DNA of 64,000 nt from Scenedesmus sp. PABB004 (Eukaryota). The translations under genes and the position numbers were made by a program. Numbering within the stretch: position 1 is the stretch's first letter; each line of letters begins with the position of its first letter. The stretch is taken from positions 496,001 through 560,000 of the forward strand of contig JABVCE010000019.1 in the NCBI GenBank assembly GCA_014905635.1, in the 5' to 3' direction. The notes beneath the pieces are model-generated. The model was given only the letters and a program-made list of their open reading frames with translations. It made no database searches and was not told where the DNA came from. This document shows, piece after piece, positions 54,001-64,000 of the stretch.

Positions 54001-54631
54001 AGGACGTCGCTAAGACGTTTGTTACAGGTGAGCGGGCTCATGGGCTCGCGTGCCTCGGCAGCTTGCCCTTATCTGCGGCTGCCCCACACCGGCGCCCCCG
54101 CCGCCTGCCGCGCCGGCCCGTTGTGGCGGGGACGCCCCCTGTGATGCAGCCAACGCGGCACGTGGTCATCACTTCAACTGCTCCAAGCCCGTGAAGGACT
54201 TTACCTACGCGTTTCCCGCCTACCAGCCGCAGAGCTGCCTCAGCTTCCAGTCGGGCCCCGGCAGCGGCTGCGCTGGCGGCGCGCGCTGCTTCTGCTACGC
54301 CAGCCAGGTGCGGAGCGCTCGCGCGGGCTTGGCTCGGGCTGGGGCTGGGCGGGGTGGCCGGCCGCCTGCGCCCGTCGCCCACCGCGCCCGGCGCCGGCGT
54401 GAGCCTGGGGCCCCTCACTCCCGGCCTCCGTCACCCGCACAACCCTTCGACCCACGCCCCCACCAGCCGGCGTGGAGCGCGTACCGCGAGCCGAGCTTTG
54501 GGCACGGCCGGCTGTACCTCAACAGCGCGACGAGCGCGGTCTGGCAGTGGTTCCGCAACGACGGCGGCGTCATGGCCGTCACCGACGAGGTCACCATCAC
54601 GCGCGACCCGCGCTGCACGCGGCGGCGCTGA
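51068..54631 (+). CDS. Purple acid phosphatase, copy 3
   Basis: GDPG, GDLSYAD, GNHE, VSLHAPWY, GHVHAYER. Confidence 0.93.
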
Positions 54632-55313
54632 CGCGCCGCGGCCGTGAGCTCGCGGGCGCTGGGCCATGCGGGCAGCAATTTGCTGCTATTTTTCTGCACG
54701 TGTTAGGGGCCCCGCTCGCAACACGGTTGCCTGTAGGAACTTGCACTTGCGTCATGATGTTGCATGGTTGCACAGCAGAATTCAACACTCAGAATGTGTG
54801 GCTCTCACTGCCAGGGGTGGTGCATGGGTGCCGTCAAAACATTTGAAGCCCGTCGAGTGCGTGTCGGACCCGGAGAAGGCGGAGGGTCGCGGCCGCGGGC
54901 GGGCTGACCGTGACAGCCGAATTGCGGTCACATAGACCAATTTCATGCATTTCTGACGCGTGGCACGACCCACTGCCCAGCGGCCACGCTGACGCGCCGG
55001 ACGTCGCGGGAGCAAGCAAGCAAGCAAACGGTCGCAACGCGTCGGTGACGCTCGCGTGGAAAGGCCGGCGCGCACGGGCGGTGGTGTGGTCCCCGCCGCC
55101 ACCGGTCGCCGAGCTATCTCGCGCACCTTGCAGCAGCTCAGCTGCTGAGCGCTGCACAGGCGGGCAGCAGCGGCGGCAGTCACTCTCAGCGCGATCGCAC
55201 CGCCCGGCGCGCCACGCCCGAGACTGCAGACAGACGATACCTGCGGCTGGCGGTTGTCGCGCGCAGCTTGCGCCGCAGCTGGAGCGCCGTGCTCCCCGGC
55301 AGCAGCACCAGAG

Positions 55314-58220
55314 ATGCCGAGTGCCGCGGTGGCGGGCCCGGGCGCGCTCCTGGTCGCCCTGGCGGCGCTCGCGCTGGCGGGTGCCGTGACCATCTCCCCC
55401 GACGGCCCGCCAAAGCAGCGCGTGTACAACCAGAGCGGCGACCCCTCCGGCGCGGTGCCGTTCAACTACACGCAGACGCTGCCCAACGGCGTGACGCTGA
55501 CCACCGTCAAGACCGCGCCCGGCTGCTCGCCCGAACAGGCGCGCTGGCCCCCCGGAGCTGCGCGGCGCCGGGGGCGGCCGGTGACGCTGCTGCTGCTGCT
55601 GCTGCCGCTGCCGCCGCTGGCTGATGCGCGCCCCTGCTCTTGTGCAGGTGAGCGTGACGTTCTACGGCATTGACAAGAACGGCTACGCCTCGGTGCTGGT
55701 GTCGTGGGCGACGTGCGACGCGGTGGTGAGCGGCTGGGCGTGGGCGCGCGTGCGGCCGGCGGCGGCGGCAGCTGCTGCAGGCCGCACCTGCAGGCCGCGC
55801 AGGCGACTCCCCTGGCGCGCCGTGTCCCCGCATCCAGGTGCAAACCACGGCGACGTCTGCCAACTGCACGGGCCCAGCCAAGCCGGGCACCGTGACGGGG
55901 CCGCTGTCGACCGGCGGCCTCACGTCGCAGGTGCGCCTCCCCGGCATTGCGCGTTCTGCCGCTTGCGCCACCGCTGCAGAGGCAACCAGTAAGCGCACGG
56001 ACCTTGCCGCTCACCGTGCCTGCCTGCCGGCACCTTTCCGCCCTCGCCGCCAGGTCTACTGGGTGGCCGCCGCATCCAGCCACGGCAAGACGCGGCTCTC
56101 GCAGGGCAACTGCACCTCCTACGTGACACGCTATGCTCCGCAGTATGATGCGATGGTGTACGCCAGCCCGCTGCTGCACCACGTGCTGCTCGTCGGTGCG
56201 GCGCCTGCGCAGCGGGCGGCGCAGCGTGCGACGCATCGTCGCCCTTTGAGCGCGTGCTGCGCTTGGCTGGCCCCCGCAGCGCTGCGCCGCCTGCTGAGCC
56301 CCTGCTGCACCTCCATGCTCGCCCAGGCCTCAAGCCCGGCGTGCGCTACAACTACACCGTGGTGGACAGCGTGCTCGCGGCCAGCTCGAGCGGCAGCACG
56401 CCGCGCCCGCTCGCGCCGGGCGAGACCGGGCCACACCCCTTCTCTGGCCAGTTCATTGTGCGCAGCGCCGCTGCGGGGGCCGGGCTGGGGCGCGCCCATG
56501 TCCCGCCGCGCCAGGTCGCCCGGTCGGCCGCGCGCACGCCAGCGCAATGCTCTCACTTGCTGCCGCCGCCGCTGGCGCCGCGTGCCGGCGCGTGCGCTCA
56601 CCGTGCGGCCGCAGGCGCCCGGTGCTGCACCCGGGGAGAGTCCCTTTCCCTTCCAGATTGGTGTCCTTGGTGCGAAGTCAGGGGCTCGGGTTGCTTGGGT
56701 TTGGGTTTGATTGGAGCGCAAGCGGCTCGGCCCTGCTCCGCCGCTCACACCGGGACCGCCCCGCCACGCTGCCGCCGCAGGTGACCCCGGGCAGAGCGCC
56801 AACACGACCTACTCAATGCAGCACCTGATGGCGCCGTGGGGCCTGACAGCACCGCGTCGCGCGTGGAACAAGGGCGGCATGGATCTGCTGATGATTACAG
56901 GCGACCTCAGGTGTGTTTGGGGCATTTGCACCGCACTGCAGCGCCGGTCGCCAGCACGCCCGCAAACCAAACTGACCACCCGCCCCCGCCGCGGGTGCCT
57001 TGCGCTCGCTGCAGCTACGCGGATGACTCTGACACCCCAGGAGTGTCACCACCGGGGTGCGTAATGTGCAACGCAAGTGGCGGAAGCAAGGGCTTCGAGT
57101 ACGGCCCCAGGTGGGCGCTGTGCGCTGTGTGCTGTGCCGTGGCTTGTGTGCCGGCAGGCGCGCTGTGAAAAACACGCTGCGTGCGCACCAGGGGTCGAGC
57201 TCTGGATCAACAGCGCCCGCGCTGCGTGCGCAGGTGGGACATGTGGGGCCGGCTGTTCCAGCCGCTGCTGTCGGTGGTGCCGATGATCTCAATCAACGGC
57301 AATCACGAGGTCGGCTTTGAGCCCGACCCTCTGGCAGCACCGATCGACATCCCGCTCCGCCAGGTCTGAGGGTGGTGGGGGCACAGGCTGTTTGCTGTTG
57401 TGCCCAAACCACTGCGGGCTCAGCCCCATGACCCCGCCTTGACCTTGCTGCGCCTCGCAGGGGCTCTACAATGCGCGCTACCCACAGGCGGTGCGTGGGC
57501 CGCGCAACGCGCCCGACGCAACGACGCTCGGCCCCGCGACCTCCGCGACGCCCTGGGCCAACGCGTATTACTCGGTCTCCGTGCCGGGCGTCGCGACCTG
57601 GATCGGGCTGTCCAGCTACAGCCCTGCGGAGATTGCCAACAGCAGCACCAGCAACGGCTTCACCAAGAACAGCACGCAGTACAAGTGGCTCCAGCGCACG
57701 CTCGCGGTGCGGCGTGCGCAAGGGGCTTGGGGCCCAGGGTGCCGCGCCCTCGCTCCGCCCGCCGCGGGGCGCCCCCGCCCCGCCCGCCGCCTGCCGTGGC
57801 TGACCGGGTCAACCCCCGCCGCGGCGCGGCGCGCCAGGCGGTCAACCGCACCGCAACGCCGTGGGTGATTGTGAGCTTCCATGCGCCCTGGTACAACACC
57901 TATGTCAACCACTTCAAAGAGAATGAGTGCATGCGCCAGGCGAGCACGCACGCGGCAGGGCCAGCGAGGAGGTGCACACCTTGCACTGGCACAGCCTGCT
58001 CAGCGCTCACCACGTGTGCGCCGTGCCGCAGGTGTACGAGCCGCTGCTGCTGGAGGCAAGCGTCGACATCGTGCTCCTTGGCCACGTGCACGCGTACGAG
58101 CGCAGCAAGCCGCTCGCAGACTTTCAGGTGCGCGACACCTCGCGCGACGCTGCCGGCGGATGGCACTCGGCCGCTCAGCAGCGCGCGGCGTTCAACGCCG
58201 AGCAGTCCTTGACGCGGCCG

Positions 58221-58277
<57 letters not shown>

Positions 58278-58924
58278 AGGTGGACAACGGTGGCTGCTCG
58301 CCGATGCACGTCACGATCGGGGACGCTGGCAACACGGCGGAGTTGGACTCCAGCTTTATCACAGGTGAGGCGGGCCCTGCGTGGGTGAGGGCCGCGGCAT
58401 GGTGGTGCCGCCCAGCACCAACGCCCTGAACCCGCGGCCCACCTGCGCCCGCCACCTCCACCCAACTCCCCGCGTGACGCAGCCAACGCGACCAGCAAAT
58501 CGTTCGACTGCGCCACGCCCGAGACGTACGCGTTTCCCTCGTACCAGCCACAGAGCTGCCTCACCTACCAGTCGGGCCCCGGCAGTGGCTGCGCTAACGA
58601 CGCGCGCTGCTACTGCTACGCCAGCCAGGTGCGGAGCGCTCGCGCGGGCATGGGCTGGGGCCAGGCGGGGTGGCTGGCCGCCTGCGCCCGCCGCCCACCG
58701 CCCCACTCACACCTCACCCCGCATCTCCCCCAACCCCTCGCCCACCTCCCAATTCCAAGCCGGCGTGGAGCGCATACCGCGAGCCGAGCTTTGGGCACGC
58801 CCGGCTGTACCTCAACAGCGCGACGAGCGCGGTATGGCAGTGGTTCCGCAACGACGGCGGCGTCATGACGCTGACAGATGAGGTGACCATCACGCGCGAC
58901 CCGCGCTGCTCCACTTCTGCCTAG
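55314..58924 (+). CDS. Purple acid phosphatase, copy 4
   Basis: GDPG, GDLSYAD, GNHE, VSFHAPWY, GHVHAYER; ends CSTSA-stop. Confidence 0.92.
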
Positions 58925-59277
58925 CTCCCATCTGCCCGTCCACCCACATCACTGACTGTTACGGCAGACCATCAGGGGTGCTGTCGGGGCTTGTGAGGCC
59001 CGGCTCGTGGGGGGGGGGGGGGGGGGCATGGGTGGGGCTGCCGACGGGCTGCCTTGACAGGGCTTTGCACACCACGCAATATTATTGCGCGGCTCCCTCC
59101 CTTCCAGCTTGCTGCGCACTTGCCTGGGGGCTGGCGGCATGTCCGGCCCAGGGCCCGGCCGCTTGAGGCCCGCGCGCTGATTTACGCACGCCGCAGCCGC
59201 ACTCACGCGCGGGCTGTGATTGGAGCGGAATCTGATCTTCTCTCCACGTCAAGCACTTGACACATCCGGATAGCTTG

Positions 59278-59282
59278 TGTAA
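59278..59282 (+). terminator. TGTAA poly(A) signal after PAP copy 4 (repeated at 63260 after copy 5)
   Basis: About 350 nt after the stop codon in both units. Confidence 0.55.
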
Positions 59283-59328
59283 CAATGAACTCGTTGCTCT
59301 AGGGTCTGTGGCGGCGGCGGCGGCGGCA

Positions 59329-62300
59329 GCGGTGGCGGGCCCGAGCGTGCTCCTGGTCGCCCTGGCGGCGCTCTCTCTGGCGGGTGCCGTGACCATCTCC
59401 CCCGACGGCCCACCGGCGCAGCGCGTGTACAACCAGAGCGGCGAGGTGTCGGGCGCTGTCCCCGAGCTCCCGTTCAACTACACGCAGACGCTGCCCAACG
59501 GCGTGACGCTGACCACCGTCAAGACCGCGCCCGGCTGCTCGCCCGAACAGGCGCGCTGGCCCCCCCGGAGCTGCGCGGCGCCGGGGGCGGCCGGTGACGC
59601 TGCTGCTGCTGCTGCTGCCGCTGCCGCCGCTGGCTGATGCGCGCCCCTGCTCTTGTGCAGGTGAGCGTGACGTTCTACGGCATTGACAAGAACGGCTACG
59701 CCTCGGTGCTGGTGTCGTGGGCGACGTGCGACGCGGTGGTGAGCGGCTGGGCGTGGCGCGCGTGCGGCCGGCGGCGGCGGCAGCTGCTGCAGGCCGCACC
59801 TGCAGGCCGCGCAGGCGACTCCCCTGGCGCGCCGTGTCCCCGCATCCAGGTGCAAACCACGGCGACGTCTGCCAACTGCACGGGCCCAGCCAAGCCGGGC
59901 ACAGTGACGGGGCCGCTGTCGACGCGCGGCCTCACGTCGCAGGTGCGCCTCCCCGGCATTGCGCGTTCTGCCGCTTGCGCCACCGCTGCAGAGGCAACCA
60001 GTAAGCGCACGGACCTTGCCGCTCACCGTGCCTGCCTGCCGGCACCTTTCCGCCCTCGCCGCCAGGTCTACTGGGTGGCCGCCGCATCCAGCCACGGCAA
60101 GACGCGGCTCTCGCAGGGCAACTGCACCTCCTACGTGACACGCTATGCTCCGCAGTATGATGCGATGGTGTACGCCAGCCCGCTGCTGCACCACGTGCTG
60201 CTCGTCGGTGCGGCGCCTGCGCAGCGGGCGGCGCAGCGTGCGACGCATCGTCGCCCTCCGAGCGCGTGCTGCGCTTGGCCGCCGCGCCGCCTGCTGAGCC
60301 CCTGCTGCACCTCCATGCTCGCCCAGGCCTCAAGCCCGGCGTGCGCTACAACTACACCGTGGTGGACAGCGTGCTCGCGGCCAGCTCGAGCGGCAGCACG
60401 CCGCGCCCGCTCGCGCCGGGCGAGACCGGGCCACACCCCTTCTCTGGCCAGTTCATTGTGCGCAGCGCTGCGGGGGCCGGGCTGGGGCGCGCCCATGTCC
60501 CGCCGCGCCAGGTCGCCCGGTCGGCCGCGTGCGCGCCAGCGCGGCGCTCACTTGCTGCCGCCGCCGCTGTGCGCGCTCACCGTGCGGCCGCAGGCGCCCG
60601 GTGCTGCGCCCGGGGAGAGTCCCTTTCCCTTCCAGATTGGGGTCATTGGTGCGGGGTCGGGGGCTGGGGCTGCATGGGTTTGCAGCGCAAGCGGCTCGGC
60701 TCTGCGCCGCCGCTCGCGCTGCCCCACACTGCCGCTGCGCCACGCTGGCGCCGCAGGCGACCCTGGGCAGACCGCCAACACGACCACCGTGATGCAGCAC
60801 CTGATGGCGCCGTGGGGCCTCACGGCACCGCGTCGCGCGTGGAACAAGGGTGGCATGGATCTGCTGATGATCCAGGGCGACCTCAGGTGAGGGGCATGGG
60901 CTCCACACACTACCGCGCTGTGCCGCTGGTCACGAGCACGCCTGCACACCAACCTGACCACCCGCCGCCGCCCACGTGCCGAACCGCAGCTGTGCGGATC
61001 GCTCAGACCTGCCAGGAGTCACCCCGGCGGGTTGCAAGATGTGCAACGCCAGCGACACTCATGAGTTCGAGTATGGCCCCAGGTGCGGCTGCCACGTTTC
61101 ACCTCAGCCTGCGCCGGCATGCGCGCTGTGCGCCGCTGCAGCCGGGGTCGCCACGCCACGGACAAGAGGGTGCCCGCGCCGCGTGCGCAGGTGGGACACG
61201 TGGGGCCGGCTGTTCCAGCCGCTGCTGTCGGCGGTGCCGATGATCTCAATCAACGGCAACCACGAGGTCGCCTTTGAGCCCGACCCGCTGGTTCCGCCGA
61301 TCGACATCCCTCTGCGCCAGGTCTGAGGGTGCTGGGGGCTCAGGTCATTTGTTGTTTTCAGCTCAAATCACAGCAGTCTCAGCCCTCAGTCTTGCCTGCG
61401 CCCGCCGCGCCGTGCCGCGCAGGCGACCTACAATGCGCGCTACCCACAGGCAGTGCGTGGGCCGCGCAACGCGCCCGACGCGACGACGCTCGGCCCCGCG
61501 ACCTCCGCGACGCCCTGGGCCAACGCGTATTACTCGGTCTCCGTGCCGGGCGTCGCGACCTGGATTGCGCTGTCCAGCTACAGCCCCGCTGAGATCGCCA
61601 ACAGCAGCACCAGCAACGGCTTCACCAAGAACAGCGCGCAGTACAAGTGGCTCCAGCGCACGCTCGCGGTGCGGCACACGCAGGGGGCTTGGGGCCCAGG
61701 GTGCCGCGCCCTCGCTCCGCCCGCCGCGGGGCGCCCCCGCCCCGCCCGCCGCCTGCCGTGGCTGACCGGGTCAACCCCCGCCGCGGCGCGGCGCGCCAGG
61801 CGGTCAACCGCACCGCAACGCCGTGGGTGATTGTGAGCTTCCATGCGCCCTGGTTCAACACCTATGCCAACCACTTCAAAGAGAACGAGTGCATGCGCCA
61901 GGCGAGCACGCACGCGGCAGGGCCAGCCAGAAGCTGCTGCTAACAGGCAGCTTGCACTGGCACGGCCTGCTCAGCGCTCACCCCGCGTGCGCCGCGCCGC
62001 AGGTGTACGAGCCGCTGCTGCTGGAGGGGAACGTTGACATTGTGATTGTGGGGCACGTGCACGCTTACGAGCGCACCAAGCCGCTCGCAGACTTTCAGGT
62101 GGCGCCGCCGCGCGGCAGCTCACGCGGCTCCGTCGACAGAGTGCACTCGGCCGCTCAGCAGCGCGCGGCGCGTGGCAGGCACAGCCGAGCAGTCCTTGAC
62201 GCCGCCACCGCCGTCGCCGCCGCTGCCGTGCAGGCGGATAACACTGGCTGCGCGCCAATGCACGTCACGATTGGTGATGGCGGCAACGTGGAGGGCATGG

Positions 62301-62914
62301 CTGAGAGCTTCATCACAGGTGTGGGAGGGGTCGTGGAGGCGCGAGGCAGCTACAAAGGCAGTGACCCAGGCGCTTGCTCTCAGCCACGGCCTTGCGCTGG
62401 GCGGCCTCACCGACGCCCGCCCGCGCCCGCCCCGCCCGCGCGCCCCACGCGCCATGCTGGTGCCCATGGCAGCCAACGGTAGCACCCCGAACTACAATTG
62501 TTCCACGCCCGAGACTTACGCGTTTCCCTCGTACCAGCCACAGAGCTGCCTCACCTACCAGTCGGGCCCCGGCAGCGGCTGCGCTAACGACGCGCGCTGC
62601 TTCTGCTACGCCAGCCAGGTGCGGCGCGCTCGCGCGGGCATGGGCTGGGGCCAGGCGGGGTGGCTGGCCGCCTGCGCCCGCCGCCCACCGCCCCACTCAC
62701 ACCTCACCCCGCATCTCCCCCAACCCCTCGCCCACCTCCCAATTCCAAGCCGGCGTGGAGCGCATACCGCGAGCCGAGCTTTGGGCACGCCCGGCTGTAC
62801 CTCAACAGCGCGACGAGCGCGGTATGGCAGTGGTTCCGCAACGACGGCGGCGTCATGACGCTGACAGATGAGGTGACCATCACGCGCGACCCGCGCTGCT
62901 CCACTTCTGCCTAG
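59329..62914 (+). pseudogene. Purple acid phosphatase copy 5, probable pseudogene
   Basis: 326-bp deletion relative to copy 6 removes the upstream region and ATG; no in-frame ATG before the signal peptide; GDLSYAD changed to GDLSCAD (TGT at 60991); other exons appear open. Confidence 0.7.
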
Positions 62915-63624
62915 CTCCCATCTGCCCGTCCACCCACATCACTGACTGTTACGGCAGACCATCAGGGGTGCTGTCGGGGCTTGTGAGGCCCGGCTCGTGG
63001 GGGGGGGGCATGGGTGGGGCTGCCGACGGGCTGCCTTGACAGGGCTTTGCACACCACGCAATATTATTGCGCGGCTCCCTCCCTTCCAGCTTGCTGCGCA
63101 CTTGCCTGGGGGCTGGCGGCATGTCCGGCCCAGGGCCCGGCCGCTTGAGGCCCGCGCGCTGATTTACGCACGCCGCAGCCGCACTCACGCGCGGGCTGTG
63201 ATTGGAGCGGAATCTGATCTTCTCTCCACGTCAAGCACTTGACACATCCGGATAGCTTGTGTAACAATGAACTCGTTGCTCGAGGGTCTGTGGCGGCGGC
63301 GGCGGCGGCAGCGGCAGAGGCGCAACGAGTCGCGCCGCGGCCGTCAACTCAGGCCCTGCGGTGACCCCTCCCGGCTGTGGTGCGCTCCTACCTCCCTCCT
63401 CCGGCGCCGTTGCTCACTCCCGCACCTCTGAACGCTGCACAGGCCGCGCACACGGCAGCGGCGCGGCAGCAGCGGCGACAGCTCACTCTTGCAATCCCTG
63501 CACGCCACAGCGTCCGGCCTGGCACGCCCGGCGCTGCACCTCAAAGATCATCGCGGTTGGCGCTTGGTGGCGCAGCTTGCGCAGCTAGCGCCGCAGCTGG
63601 AGCGTCGTGCTCACCGTCAGCAAG

Positions 63625-64000
63625 ATGCCGAGGGCCGCGGTGGCGGGCCCGAGCGTGCTCCTGGTCGCCCTGGCGGCGCTCTCTCTGGCGGGTGCCGTGA
63701 CCATCTCCCCCGACGGCCCACCGGCGCAGCGCGTGTACAACCAGAGCGGCGAGGTGTCGGGCGCTGTCCCCGAGCTCCCGTTCAACTACACGCAGACGCT
63801 GCCCAACGGCGTGACGCTGACCACCGTCAAGACCGCGCCCGGCTGCTCGCCCGAACAGGCGCGCTGGCCCCCCCGGAGCTGCGCGGCGCCGGGGGCGGCC
63901 GGTGACGCTGCTGCTGCTGCTGCTGCCGCTGCCGCCGCTGGCTGATGCGCGCCCCTGCTCTTGTGCAGGTGAGCGTGACGTTCTACGGCATTGACAAGAA
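63625..64000 (+). CDS. Purple acid phosphatase copy 6 (cut by the window end)
   Basis: MPRAAVAGPSVLLVALAALSLAGAVTISPDG...PEQ | VSVTFYGIDK. Confidence 0.88.

Noticed and set aside
42125..64000. PAP array as a pure assembly duplication or a transposon-borne repeat
   Set aside because: Each full copy has private coding and intron differences, and no transposase, LTR or TIR is visible; individual junctions still need read support.

Overview
Nuclear DNA of a very GC-rich, intron-dense chlorophycean green alga (Sphaeropleales-like style: TGTAA poly(A) signals, GC-rich introns mostly 100-400 nt). Most ORF-track entries are GC-shadow frames, so genes were rebuilt by manual exon joining. From 1 to 42.1 kb there are 13 spliced genes: L-gulonolactone-oxidase-like, DNAAF9/Shulin-like, a small coiled-coil protein, centrin, NUDT14-like Nudix hydrolase, DUF1517/FLAP1-like, two-domain GTP cyclohydrolase I, ATG9, a secreted Cys-repeat/(SP)n/RCC1 protein, a secreted lectin-like/SP protein, enkurin, NDUFB9 and a bestrophin-like protein. 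From 42.1 kb to the end is a head-to-tail array of at least six secreted purple acid phosphatase genes of the PAP15/phytase (PAPhy) type. The copies are segmental mosaics of one another and are hypervariable in loops next to the metal-binding motifs. Copy 5 has lost its promoter and start codon and carries Cys in place of the Fe-ligand Tyr. Other notable signals: very frequent GC-AG introns, telomere-like motifs in introns, a hairpin/tandem-repeat element in one intron, and three -1 frameshifts at homopolymers that are probably assembly errors. Family assignments are from recalled motifs, not database searches.
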